The notes under the pieces: generated by a model | The model's database searches: none | The model's input: the letters and a program-made list of their open reading frames with translations, nothing else | What the model was told of the DNA's origin: nothing | Made by a program: the position numbers and the translations under genes | IMG/VR virus record: IMGVR_UViG_3300009155_000068 | Location: 1-61,479 of that record | DNA from: a virus | Taxonomy: Duplodnaviria > Caudoviricetes | DNA length: 61,479 bases | Strand: one strand, 5' to 3' | Shown: positions 47,764-57,566 of the stretch, piece after piece | How the letters are laid out: each line of letters starts with the position of its first letter | How positions within the stretch are numbered: the stretch's first letter is position 1

Positions 47764-49154
47764 TATACGTCTGCCTCTGGTTTATATTTGATTGCCTTGC
47801 TGAGTGCCTGGCGTTCTGGTACTGAACTGGCAAACAACTTCCACTGTACTTGATCACCGTCGGCTGCGGTCTTACTCAGGGTAATAAGAGTGTTACCGCC
47901 AAGTCCCGATGATGCCGTGGCATTAATCTTAGTGTTGTTGATATAGGCAGTGGCAATCACTCCAGTGGCATAGGCAATGGTAGTTTGAATAGTTGAAGTA
48001 TCCCCAACTGCGGTAATGTAGTCTCGACCAATTTGATTCTTTCCAGTGATATTGGTATTGTTGATAAAGCTGGTTTTCTGTGTTTGACGTTGGTCATTGT
48101 TGGTCATTGTCATGCGTAGATTGTCTTCTACTTTGACCCAAGTTGTACCATTAAAACGGAATAGTCTGTTGGGCATAAAATCAGTACGCAAGAAGAAATC
48201 ATCCTTGGCAGCAGCCGCAGGAAATTGTATACCATGACCAAATGGATTTAATAAATTGTTAACTCCATTTGGTTCATTGCCATCGCTGACTAGATATCCA
48301 GTGTAGCCCTTACGCAGTGCTTTACCGGCTACTTCGCTGGCGTCTTCGTTGGCATTACTAGCGTCAATATCATCCTCGTCAGTACTTCTAAGTATTGGAT
48401 TACCGTTAACATCGACTGCTAGAGTATAAAATTGTTTCGTTTCATATCCACTTAATGGCGCATCTGCTTCTGCTTGGGCAAGCATGGCATCATTGATCTC
48501 GTACTCTTTTCCTCTAGTGCTTAACAAGTCACGTAGAGTAGTATCGCTGTCTGTGCCGTCTGCATTAACAGCTTTCTGATCAAGTATGTCAGCAAACTGC
48601 TGTCCGTCAATGATCTTTTTAAGTTTTAGTCTGTATAGGTGTGGCCACCATGTCATACTAAAGCCTTCACTGGCACGACCCACGTCTTCTATAACATAGT
48701 AACGGGGCAGGCCTATGCTAAACTCGTTTAAGGCAAAATCATCACGTAGATGCGGGAATTCAAGCACATCGCCGCTGAGTGGTTTGCGGCCCACAAGTTT
48801 GATCCAATCGTTAATATGCACGGTTAGAAAAACTGTATCGTTATCAATGAACAGGCCAAATTGACTTAAGTTAAAGTCAATATTTTGTACGTTATATATT
48901 CCACGTAGGCGATAAATTTCCGGTTCATATTTGCGATCTCTGTTTTCTAAAAACAAGAGATCTTGTATGTTTGTAGGTGATAAAGTATCATAGTGTGGCT
49001 CAGCTGCGGTAGCATTAGCCTCATCGGTGTTGACACCTAGGTATTTGTGCAGATAAAGCTCAGTCCCGCCAATCTGAAACATCTCAGCAACTTGGCGGTC
49101 AATGAACTTATAATCGTTGCCCTTTTCGGGTTTGTATAGGCTTAAGCGTGGCAT
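47763..49154 (-). CDS. gp14: Neck protein (gp14-like), start revised to ATG 49154
   Basis: LFLENRDRKY, LSQFGLF, P..GDVLEFPH; adjacent to the gp13 and gp15 homologues; TAAATA on the minus strand 7 nt upstream of 49154. Confidence 0.7.
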   Translation of the reverse strand: MPRLSLYKPEKGNDYKFIDRQVAEMFQIGGTELYLHKYLGVNTDEANATAAEPHYDTLSPTNIQDLLFLENRDRKYEPEIYRLRGIYNVQNIDFNLSQFGLFIDNDTVFLTVHINDWIKLVGRKPLSGDVLEFPHLRDDFALNEFSIGLPRYYVIEDVGRASEGFSMTWWPHLYRLKLKKIIDGQQFADILDQKAVNADGTDSDTTLRDLLSTRGKEYEINDAMLAQAEADAPLSGYETKQFYTLAVDVNGNPILRSTDEDDIDASNANEDASEVAGKALRKGYTGYLVSDGNEPNGVNNLLNPFGHGIQFPAAAAKDDFFLRTDFMPNRLFRFNGTTWVKVEDNLRMTMTNNDQRQTQKTSFINNTNITGKNQIGRDYITAVGDTSTIQTTIAYATGVIATAYINNTKINATASSGLGGNTLITLSKTAADGDQVQWKLFASSVPERQALSKAIKYKPEADV

Positions 49155-49161
49155 AGTAGTA

Positions 49162-49180
49162 TATTTATCGATACTAAATA
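49162..49180. promoter_or_regulatory. Back-to-back divergent late promoters (TAAATA, - 49167-49162; TAAATA, + 49175-49180)
   Basis: Both motifs lie in the 44-bp gap between gp14 and gp13. Confidence 0.7.
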
Positions 49181-49198
49181 TGTAATAGGACGAATGAT

Positions 49199-49969
49199 AT
49201 GGACACAACTACAGCAAATCAAGCGATACAGGAAGTTTATAACTATGTTAAAACCATGCTGGGCGACGGCATGGTTGAAGTAGAACTTGATCCTGTACAC
49301 TATGAAACAGCACTAAAACGTGCGCTATCACGATTCCGCCAACGTAGCAGCGCAGCCGTAGAAGAAGCCTATTATTTCTTAGAGCTACAAAAAGATGTAA
49401 ACGAATATCGTTTACCCGACGAAATTATCAACGTACAGAGCCTATATCGTAGAGCCATTGGTTCTAGAAGTGGTGGTGGCGCTGGCGGTACACTGTTTGA
49501 ACCCTTTAACTTGGCCTATACCAACACCTACTTGCTCAACAGCACTATGATGGGCGGCATTGCTACCTACGATATGTTTGCACAATATCAAGAAATGGTG
49601 GGACGCATGTTTGGTGCCTACATTGAATTTCAGTGGGTGCAACACAGCCATATGCTACGCATACTACAACGTCCATTTGCCGAAGGCGAACAAATCATGA
49701 TACGCGGTCAAAATTACAAACCTGACTGGGTCATCATTGGTGACCTATATGCAGGACAATGGGTTAAAGATTATACTCTGGCTATATGTAAAACCATCCT
49801 AGGTGAAGCTCGCGGTAAATTTGCTCAAATTGCAGGACCCGGCGGAGCAGGCGGCCTAAATGGTGCAGACTTGAAATCAGCAGGCAAAGAAGAAATTGAA
49901 AAGCTAGAAAAAGAAATTGAAATGTATGTAACTGGACACAGCGGCACTTACACATTCGTAATTGGTTAA
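49199..49969 (+). CDS. gp13: Neck protein
   Basis: LGDGMVEVELD, WVKDY.LA..K..LG..RGKF...PGG...LNG: gp13 motifs. Confidence 0.85.
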   Translation: MDTTTANQAIQEVYNYVKTMLGDGMVEVELDPVHYETALKRALSRFRQRSSAAVEEAYYFLELQKDVNEYRLPDEIINVQSLYRRAIGSRSGGGAGGTLFEPFNLAYTNTYLLNSTMMGGIATYDMFAQYQEMVGRMFGAYIEFQWVQHSHMLRILQRPFAEGEQIMIRGQNYKPDWVIIGDLYAGQWVKDYTLAICKTILGEARGKFAQIAGPGGAGGLNGADLKSAGKEEIEKLEKEIEMYVTGHSGTYTFVIG

Positions 49970-49977
49970 AGAAAATA

Positions 49978-50006
49978 TTGACCTTGTAATAAAACTGTTA
50001 TATAAT
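49978..50006 (+). promoter_or_regulatory. Sigma70-type (early) promoter TTGACC-N17-TATAAT
   Basis: -35 at 49978-49983, -10 at 50001-50006, 17-bp spacer, AT-rich upstream region, GAGGT SD downstream. Confidence 0.8.
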
Positions 50007-50026
50007 ACACTATACGAGGTGTTTAT

Positions 50027-50725
50027 ATGATCATAGGCGTTTGCGGTTTTATTGGTTCAGGAAAAGATACAGTTGCTGATTATCTAACTAACTTTCACGG
50101 ATTTCGAAGAGAAAGTTTTGCCAACACACTTAAAGATGCTGTGGCACAGGTGTTTGGTTGGGATCGAACCATGCTAGAAGGGCGTACAACGCAGGCACGT
50201 ACCTGGCGTGAACAAGTAGATCCATGGTGGGCAGAACGACTAAACATGCCTAATCTTACACCGCGCTGGGTCTTACAGTATTGGGGTACAGAAGTTTGTC
50301 GTCAAGGGTTTCACGATGATATATGGATTGCCAGCCTGGAAAATAAACTACGTAAAAGTACCGACGACATTGTTATCTCAGACTGTCGCTTTCCCAACGA
50401 AATCAAATCAATTAAGGCCGCAGGCGGCATTGTAGTTCGTGTGGTGCGCGGAGATGAACCTGAATGGTATGACGCAGCTCTAAGTGTCAATCGCGGTCCC
50501 AATGGTAATACCAGCTGGTCATTAAGTAAGAGTATACTAGACAAATACAAAATTCATGCCAGTGAAACAGCATGGGTTGGTACTGAGTTTGATCAGACAC
50601 TGGACAACAACAGTAGTATTGACGACTTGTTTGCTCGTGTTAGAGATCTGGTACCAAGTCGCCCTGCCTCCAACGACTCCCTTCTTTATGAAGCACTCTC
50701 TGACAGTTGGCGCATACCGTCTTAA
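50027..50725 (+). CDS. gp1: Deoxynucleoside monophosphate kinase
   Basis: IIGVCGFIGSGKDT P-loop, SFANTLKD, TPRWVLQYWGTE, ISDCRFPNE, HASE. Confidence 0.92.
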   Translation: MIIGVCGFIGSGKDTVADYLTNFHGFRRESFANTLKDAVAQVFGWDRTMLEGRTTQARTWREQVDPWWAERLNMPNLTPRWVLQYWGTEVCRQGFHDDIWIASLENKLRKSTDDIVISDCRFPNEIKSIKAAGGIVVRVVRGDEPEWYDAALSVNRGPNGNTSWSLSKSILDKYKIHASETAWVGTEFDQTLDNNSSIDDLFARVRDLVPSRPASNDSLLYEALSDSWRIPS

Positions 50726-50975
50726 GATTTATTGGACGACAATTATCTAAATCGCCGTCGACATGGAACACATTAAACTGTTCTTTATTCTTTGATTTAA
50801 AGCCGCACTTTTCACACGCATCTTTTTGTCTATAGCCACTGGTATACCATTTAGGTAGACCAGTACCTAGTCCTCTGGCACAATGGTCACACTTAGACCT
50901 ATAGTAGGCTTTTTTTGCCTTATAATAATTAATGGCCACTGGTCTTTGACCACATTCTTTGCATAGACTTCTCAT
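50640..50975 (-). CDS. Zn-binding HNH-like protein
   Basis: CKEC...CDHC and CEKC...HVDGD..N....NL..VCANC; likely start ATG 50975. Confidence 0.75.
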   Translation of the reverse strand: MRSLCKECGQRPVAINYYKAKKAYYRSKCDHCARGLGTGLPKWYTSGYRQKDACEKCGFKSKNKEQFNVFHVDGDLDNCRPINLKTVCANCQRVLHKEGSRWRQGDLVPDL

Positions 50976-51005
50976 AGCTGCCCTTTTCCTGCCCTTTTCC
51001 AAGTG

Positions 51006-51041
51006 TATTTACCCTTGATATTTTAACCAAATCACTAAATA
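51006..51041. promoter_or_regulatory. Divergent late promoters (TAAATA, - 51011-51006; + 51036-51041)
   Basis: Both motifs lie in the gap between the HNH-like gene and gp18. Confidence 0.65.
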
Positions 51042-51073
51042 CTATTAGGAAAAGGACTCAAGGAGATTAACAA

Positions 51074-54000
51074 ATGGCCCAACTTAGTTCACCAGGTGTA
51101 GCAGTTACAGTTATAGATGAAAGTTTTTATACTCCAGCTGCTCCCGGAACAACCCCACTTATTATCGTAGCATCAAAACAAGATAAACAAAACGGCGCAG
51201 GCACTGGTGTTGCACCAGGTACTACAAAAGCAAATGCCGGCAAAGTATATCTGTTAACCAGTCAGAAAGATTTAGCAGACACATTTGGAACCCCAAGATT
51301 TATTACTGACAGTAATAATAATCCTGTACATGGTTCAGAATTAAACGAATACGGATTACAAGCAGCATATTCATATCTAGGTGTTAGTAACAGAGCCTAT
51401 GTAGTTCGTGCAGATGTTGACCTAGGTCAACTAGAAGCACGAGCAGATGAGCCAACTGGTGAACCTGTAAATGGCACTTACTGGGTAGATGTAGGATCAA
51501 CAAAATTTGGCATTTTCCAATGGAACGGTGAACCTGCTAATGTGACAGGCGCACAAACTTTTACAAATAAAGTTCCTCTAGTTATCACCGACTCGGCTAA
51601 ATTATTAGATGGCGGACAGCCTAGATCTAGTATAGGTTCAGTGGGCGATTATGCTGTAGTTGCAACCACTAGCACATTTAGATTCTGGTACAAAGCCGCA
51701 GCAATTGGCACTTTTAGGCCTGTATTATGGGTAGAATTAGGTAGTACTGAATGGATCCAAAGTTGGCCCACACTAGTTACTGATGTTGTTGACATTGGCG
51801 TGATTGCTGATTTGTCTCAATTTAATGTTAACGGAAGTTTAATAAGTATTGAAGCAGCAAGCCCCGGAAGTCCTACCCTGCAAGATATTGTGGATGCTAT
51901 TAATTTAAATACACCTGAAGGTACGGTTGCTGTTGCTCGAATAGGCAGAATTTTTATATATTCTGATTTTGACCCAATAGTAATAGATGGAGACGGAATA
52001 GCCCAAGAAGATCTTATTGATTTTGACGCACTTGGTGTAGAGCCAGAGATGTCAAGACCTACTCCAGCTATACAAATATCAAAACATACTCAAGTTCCTA
52101 ATTGGAGTCTGAAAGGTAATGATCCTCATACAACAGGTTGTGTATGGATTAAAACTACCGAGTTTAATGCTGGAGCAAAATGGGTTGTAAAACGTTATAA
52201 TTCTTCTACCTCATCTTGGGTGACACAGCTAGCACCATTATATGCCAACGGCTATGAAGCACTTTATGGTCTAGATGTTGTCGGCGGCGGATCTAAACTT
52301 CCAGTTAACACTCTCTACATTAAAACAAATGAAGGTGAAATAGATCCACCAGTTGCAAACTTTAAAATATTCCGTCGTAGTGCAACAGGTGCGACTACTA
52401 TTACATCTAGTGAAATTACAGATGCGACATTTACAATGGATGAGACGTATACTGTTTATATCCGTGAAAGTGTAGCGGGACAAGATACTTTAAGAGATCC
52501 TATCACTGTTAGTTTTGTAGGAGCTGATCCAGACAATTTACCAGAAGGAGCTGCCACTAAAGCACAAGCAGATGCAGAAGCATTAGCATCTGCTATCTTA
52601 AACGCAGAAGATGAAGATGGACATAATTTTAATAATATAACAGCAGAGGCAACTAGTGCCAACAAAGTTATTATTAAACATCTATTAGGCGGCGACTTTG
52701 AAATAGTAGACGACAGCGTTGACCGCGCAGTAGTAGTTCAATTTGTCGGAGATAATAATTTTTATGAAGCACCATCGTGGATTCAAGACGATGTTGATAA
52801 TCCTACTCACTTCTTAGCTTCTCTATGGAAACCACTAAGTGGTGCTGTGAATAGTGCAACTGAACCTACTACAGAACCAGAAGATGGCACACTATGGTAC
52901 AATTCAATATATGATGAACCTGATGTATTAGTTCATAATGGTACTGCGTGGGTTGGTTTACAATATGACGGATTGAGCGGATTGTCAGGTACAGCATCAC
53001 CGTTCTACGGTACAGCAGACCCCAATGGTCCTATTTCTTCCGCTACAGAACCACTTAAACAAAGTGATGGAGAAACAGATCTAGGTGAAGGCGATATTTG
53101 GATTGATCCTAGTAATTCTGAATTTTACCCTGTTATGTATAGATGGAATACTGCAACATTTAAATGGGATCGTTTAGATACATCGGATCAAACTACTGAA
53201 AATGGTGTGTTATTTGCAGATGCTCGTTGGGGTGTTGACGGTGGAACACCTACTGCTGCAACAGATAGCACTATCAAAGAATTATTATCAAGTGATTTCC
53301 TGGATCCAGATGCTCCAGATCCTGCATTGTATCCTAGAGGCATGCTGTTATTCAACACACGCCGTTCGGGCTGGAACGTAAAACAATATGTTAAAGGTAG
53401 GATAGACGTATCAAACGGCGCAGTTAATAGTCGTCAAGATGATGCTTCAACCACAAGTTACTTCCCAAATCGTTGGGTAAATGTTTCTGGTAATAATGCA
53501 TCTGGAGCAGGACGTTTTGGACGCCATGCTCAACGAGCAACAGCGTTAACTGCACTAAAAGCACTGGTTAATAGTAACCAAGAAATCCGAGATGAGGAAA
53601 GTCGAGTGTTTAATTTGATTGCTTGTCCCGGATATGAAGAACTTATTGGACCAATGGTCAACTTAAACTATGATCGAGGTTTAACAGCATTTGTCGTAGG
53701 CGACACTCCAAGTCGTGTGCCATCAGATGCCACAACTTTAAACCTGTGGGGCACAAATGCTAATAATAGTGTCGAAGACGATGTTATGGGATTAGTTACC
53801 AGCGACGAATATTTAGGGTTATTCTATCCATGGGGATTTACTAGTGACAACCTTGGCAGGAACATTGTTGTTCCACCAAGCCATATGATGCTACGTACTA
53901 TTGCACTAAGCGATAATGTTAGCTATCCATGGTTTGCACCAGCAGGTACACGTCGCGGCGGAATTACAAATGCAAGCGCAGTTGGTTATATTGATTATAT

Positions 54001-54472
54001 ATCGGGCGAGTTTCAAAGTGTGGCATTGAATACTGGACAACGTGATACACTTGCCAGTATTAAAGTTAATCCATTGACATTTATTACAGGTACTGGACTT
54101 GTTAACTACGGACAATATACTCGCGCTAGAAACGCAAGTAGTTTAGATCGTATTAACGTGGCACGACTAGTAGTATACCTACGCCGTCAACTAAACAATC
54201 TAGCTAAACCGTACATTTTTGAACCAAATGATAAGATTACTAGAGATGAAATTAAACAAGCCGCTGAAAGTCTAATGTTAGAATTAGTTGGACAACGTGC
54301 TATATACGACTTCTTGGTTGTATGTGACACCAGCAACAATACGCCGTCAAGAATTGATCGTAGTGAACTATATCTTGACATTGCCATTGAACCAGTTAAA
54401 GCAGTTGAATTTATCTACATTCCACTACGCTTGAAAAATACTGGCGAAATCAAAGGCCTTGGCGGCAAATAA
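51074..54472 (+). CDS. gp18: Tail sheath protein with large insertion
   Basis: SPGV.V...DES N-terminus, PWFAPAG..RG, LDRINVARL, FEPND..TR, PVKAVEFI. Confidence 0.96.
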   Translation: MAQLSSPGVAVTVIDESFYTPAAPGTTPLIIVASKQDKQNGAGTGVAPGTTKANAGKVYLLTSQKDLADTFGTPRFITDSNNNPVHGSELNEYGLQAAYSYLGVSNRAYVVRADVDLGQLEARADEPTGEPVNGTYWVDVGSTKFGIFQWNGEPANVTGAQTFTNKVPLVITDSAKLLDGGQPRSSIGSVGDYAVVATTSTFRFWYKAAAIGTFRPVLWVELGSTEWIQSWPTLVTDVVDIGVIADLSQFNVNGSLISIEAASPGSPTLQDIVDAINLNTPEGTVAVARIGRIFIYSDFDPIVIDGDGIAQEDLIDFDALGVEPEMSRPTPAIQISKHTQVPNWSLKGNDPHTTGCVWIKTTEFNAGAKWVVKRYNSSTSSWVTQLAPLYANGYEALYGLDVVGGGSKLPVNTLYIKTNEGEIDPPVANFKIFRRSATGATTITSSEITDATFTMDETYTVYIRESVAGQDTLRDPITVSFVGADPDNLPEGAATKAQADAEALASAILNAEDEDGHNFNNITAEATSANKVIIKHLLGGDFEIVDDSVDRAVVVQFVGDNNFYEAPSWIQDDVDNPTHFLASLWKPLSGAVNSATEPTTEPEDGTLWYNSIYDEPDVLVHNGTAWVGLQYDGLSGLSGTASPFYGTADPNGPISSATEPLKQSDGETDLGEGDIWIDPSNSEFYPVMYRWNTATFKWDRLDTSDQTTENGVLFADARWGVDGGTPTAATDSTIKELLSSDFLDPDAPDPALYPRGMLLFNTRRSGWNVKQYVKGRIDVSNGAVNSRQDDASTTSYFPNRWVNVSGNNASGAGRFGRHAQRATALTALKALVNSNQEIRDEESRVFNLIACPGYEELIGPMVNLNYDRGLTAFVVGDTPSRVPSDATTLNLWGTNANNSVEDDVMGLVTSDEYLGLFYPWGFTSDNLGRNIVVPPSHMMLRTIALSDNVSYPWFAPAGTRRGGITNASAVGYIDYISGEFQSVALNTGQRDTLASIKVNPLTFITGTGLVNYGQYTRARNASSLDRINVARLVVYLRRQLNNLAKPYIFEPNDKITRDEIKQAAESLMLELVGQRAIYDFLVVCDTSNNTPSRIDRSELYLDIAIEPVKAVEFIYIPLRLKNTGEIKGLGGK

Positions 54473-54486
54473 TTAGGAGATAAAAA

Positions 54487-55113
54487 ATGGCAGTCGCAAC
54501 CCTTTCAAAATTTACAGTACCTTTAGCTAGCGATCAAAGTGCTAGCGCCCAGGGTCTGTTGATGCCCAAATTAAAATATCGCTTTAGAATGATGTTTGAA
54601 AATTTTGGTGTATCAACCCCAACAACTGAATTAACTAAACAAGTTGTGTCATCGGCTCGTCCTACAGTAACGTTTGCTGATCAAAAACTTGATATCTATA
54701 ATTCAACAATTCACTATGCTGGTAAACCTACATGGAGTGCTATAACTGTTGTTCTTCGTGATGATGTTACTGGTGCTGTTAGTAAACTAGTTGGTGAACA
54801 AATGCAGAAACAGTTTGACTTCTTTGAACAGAGTAGTGCAGCCAGCGGCGTTGACTACAAATTTACACTACGTATTGAAATGTTAGACGGCGGTAATGGA
54901 GCCAATGCACCCGTAGTATTAGAAACATGGGAATGTTATGGTTGTTATGTTGTAAGTGCAAACTATCAAAGTTTGGCCTACAGCGAGCAGACTGCTTCAA
55001 CAATCGATCTATCGATACAGATGGACAACTGCGTACAAACTCCGCAAGGAACAGGTATTGGCACTGTGGTAGGCCGTACAGTAAATACGCTGGTAACAGG
55101 CGGCGGCATTTAA
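54487..55113 (+). CDS. gp19: Tail tube protein
   Basis: Follows the sheath gene; PKLKYRFR, YAGK.TW..I....RDD, ETWE.YGC tube motifs. Confidence 0.88.
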   Translation: MAVATLSKFTVPLASDQSASAQGLLMPKLKYRFRMMFENFGVSTPTTELTKQVVSSARPTVTFADQKLDIYNSTIHYAGKPTWSAITVVLRDDVTGAVSKLVGEQMQKQFDFFEQSSAASGVDYKFTLRIEMLDGGNGANAPVVLETWECYGCYVVSANYQSLAYSEQTASTIDLSIQMDNCVQTPQGTGIGTVVGRTVNTLVTGGGI

Positions 55114-55114
55114 T

Positions 55115-55141
55115 AAAAAGGACTGGCAACAGTCCTTTTTT
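55115..55141 (+). terminator. Rho-independent (possibly bidirectional) terminator
   Basis: AAAAAGGACTG-GCAA-CAGTCCTTTTT. Confidence 0.9.
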
Positions 55142-55189
55142 GTAGAATTTTATTAACTACCCAGTTAATTTGGTTCGATAAATAATTAC

Positions 55190-56260
55190 ATGTCAAACTT
55201 ATTCGATGGTTTTCTAAACAACACACTTTACGGTGCCACACACCCTAAAGGGCAAATGGGCGACTATCAACATGCTGCCCGCACATTTACAGATGACACG
55301 TTTAGGCTAGCTCCTAAACAAAAATTCTTATATCATGTAAGTTTTAGCATCAATACTGATGCTCTTAAAAACACATCGCTTGATCAACGACACCGTAATG
55401 AAATTAATCTTATGGTTAAGACCATTGCATTACCCAATTTTACCATAGGTACTGAAACATTAAATCAATACAATAGAAAAAAGATAGTACACACAAAGAT
55501 TGATTATCTGCCAATAACAGTAAAATTTAATGACGATAACATGGGCCTAGTTAATCAGCTATGGCAAAATTACTATGGTTATTATTTTGCAGACAGTCGT
55601 ACATCAAAATCAATTCCCGGATCTTATAATAGAACCAGTATGCGCGGTAAAGAATTTATTAGAGGACGTTACGGTTTTGATAATGATAGTTCTATTCCTT
55701 TCTTCAGAAAAGTAACAATATATCAAATGGCCAGACATCAGTATGTCAGCTATACCCTAGTGAATCCTGTTATTACAGCCTGGAATCATGAACAATTAGA
55801 TTATAAGAGTAGTGAACCTCATGAAAACTCTATGACCCTGGGCTACGAATCAGTGTACTACGGTTCTGGCAGAGTGCGCCGTGGAGACCCAGAAGGATTT
55901 GCCCTAGAACATTATGATACAAGTCCAAGTCCGCTAAGTGTTGCCGGCGGCGGCACTGCAAATCTATTTGGTGACGGCGGAGTCATTGCCGGAGCCTCAG
56001 AAGTACTCGGTGATCTGTTCAGTGGAGAAGCATTTGAAAATCCTGCTAATTTTATTGCAACTGCAATTAAAACTGTTAATACTTATGAAAATTCTAAAAG
56101 ATTAACTAATGCAGGCATTGCGGCAGAGGGCAGGAATATAATCACTGGCACTCTTAATTCCGTGGCTAGACAAGGAGTGAGTGGAATTAGTGGCGTTGCA
56201 TTTCCACAGACAAAGGTCAACTCTACAACCACTACCGCCACTCCTAGATTTATACCATGA
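55190..56260 (+). CDS. Tail tube-like baseplate/tube initiator protein (gp54/gp48-like)
   Basis: Tube-fold motifs (IALP.F, QYNRK, Y.PIT.KF.DD, L.NP.I..W...LDY) plus a C-terminal extension. Confidence 0.6.
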   Translation: MSNLFDGFLNNTLYGATHPKGQMGDYQHAARTFTDDTFRLAPKQKFLYHVSFSINTDALKNTSLDQRHRNEINLMVKTIALPNFTIGTETLNQYNRKKIVHTKIDYLPITVKFNDDNMGLVNQLWQNYYGYYFADSRTSKSIPGSYNRTSMRGKEFIRGRYGFDNDSSIPFFRKVTIYQMARHQYVSYTLVNPVITAWNHEQLDYKSSEPHENSMTLGYESVYYGSGRVRRGDPEGFALEHYDTSPSPLSVAGGGTANLFGDGGVIAGASEVLGDLFSGEAFENPANFIATAIKTVNTYENSKRLTNAGIAAEGRNIITGTLNSVARQGVSGISGVAFPQTKVNSTTTTATPRFIP

Positions 56261-56625
56261 TAAACAATTTACCTCAATCAAATAATAAAGATAGTTCTAC
56301 AGAAGTCAAAAGTTTTTTTGATAAATTTTTCCTTCATGAAGTAAGTTTTCCAGCAGCTGAAATAGATGCTACAGTGGCTTTCTTTTTAAAGAAAGGGTTT
56401 AATACAGATGCTAGCCGTAGTGTTGCCATCGTATTATTAAATCAAGCTAAAAATGATAATGTTAACATTTTTAAATTACTCGACACACTGAAAGGATTAA
56501 CAGATCTTCAGCTTAGTCAAGTGGTTGCTGAAGTACTTAACTCCTATAGAGAACAAACTAGTATTATGGGTTATAAAATTGCACCTATCGAAGACACCTT
56601 TGAAAGCCGTAATATTCTAGTATGA
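56257..56625 (+). CDS. Hypothetical protein
   Basis: 122-aa ORF overlapping both neighbours by 4 nt. Confidence 0.7.
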   Translation: MINNLPQSNNKDSSTEVKSFFDKFFLHEVSFPAAEIDATVAFFLKKGFNTDASRSVAIVLLNQAKNDNVNIFKLLDTLKGLTDLQLSQVVAEVLNSYREQTSIMGYKIAPIEDTFESRNILV

Positions 56626-57053
56626 GTCGCTTTGCCCAAGGTAAATTTGTCCCAAAAAACCCCCAAAAATATATAGGATTAAAGACGCCCACGTATAGAA
56701 GCAGTTGGGAGTGGCAGTTTATGAGATTCTGTGATACCAATGCTGCCATACAACAATGGGCCTGTGAAGCAATACAAATCCCCTGTCGTAACCCGCTAAC
56801 TGGAAAAAATTCTATATATATTCCTGATTTTTTCATACAGTATGTTGATGCAAAGAATCGTACAAACGTAGACCTTATAGAAATAAAACCGCAGAATCAA
56901 ACAGTTCTTGAAAGTGTGGGTAAGAGTAAGGTACGGCAAGCACAGTACATTCAGAATCAAGCCAAGTGGGCAGCAGCCAACGCATGGTGTCGACATCAGG
57001 GCATAAAATTTAGAATTATCACAGAAAATGAACTGTTTCACAACGGCTCATGA
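56622..57053 (+). CDS. gp4: Head completion nuclease (TnsA-like PD-(D/E)xK fold)
   Basis: G.F.PKNP.KY.G, YRSSWE..FM..CD, YIPDF, IEIKP, KW.AA..WC...F.IITE. Confidence 0.92.
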   Translation: MSRFAQGKFVPKNPQKYIGLKTPTYRSSWEWQFMRFCDTNAAIQQWACEAIQIPCRNPLTGKNSIYIPDFFIQYVDAKNRTNVDLIEIKPQNQTVLESVGKSKVRQAQYIQNQAKWAAANAWCRHQGIKFRIITENELFHNGS

Positions 57054-57063
57054 TAAGTAAAGT

Positions 57064-57549
57064 ATGACTAAGAAACTTGAAGAGATTTTAAATCTCCCAG
57101 AAAATAAAAAATTAATTAAAGCTGAGGAACAGCGAAAAGAAGAGCTTCCTCAAGCACAGCCTTTCCTTAGAGACATTGAAGAATTTGATAAAATCTCAGC
57201 AAGTCTGCCGCAGGTCAAAGGTCTAGGCGATGCCAGCGATGCAGAATTTGATTCTCTGGCACAACGTGCTACTGATGCCTATGACGACTTAATGGATTTA
57301 GGCATGAATGTAGAAGCACGTTATAGCGGACGTATTTTTGAAGTAGCAGGCGGCATGCTTAAAAATGCCATTGATGCTAAGGCTGCAAAAATTGACAAAA
57401 AACTTAAAATGATCGAGCTACAACTTAAAAAAGCTAAGTTAGATCAGGATGCTCAAGGCGGTGATGGTGGACTTACAATTCCGGGCGACGGTTACATTGT
57501 TACAGATCGTAACAGTCTATTGGAAAAACTAAAAAATATGAATAAATAA
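57064..57549 (+). CDS. gp16: Terminase small subunit-like protein
   Basis: Helical core with RIFEVAGGMLK, similar to the gp16 R.yEV...l.k motif; near the large terminase gene. Confidence 0.65.
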   Translation: MTKKLEEILNLPENKKLIKAEEQRKEELPQAQPFLRDIEEFDKISASLPQVKGLGDASDAEFDSLAQRATDAYDDLMDLGMNVEARYSGRIFEVAGGMLKNAIDAKAAKIDKKLKMIELQLKKAKLDQDAQGGDGGLTIPGDGYIVTDRNSLLEKLKNMNK

Positions 57550-57566
57550 TGTATACGGAATCTATT

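Noticed and set aside
49155-49208. Longer start for the gp14-like ORF
   Set aside because: It would span both divergent promoters and overlap the gp13 start.
56622-57053. TnsA-like transposase indicating a mobile element
   Set aside because: Motifs and context match the T4 gp4 head completion nuclease; no transposon ends or partner genes are present.
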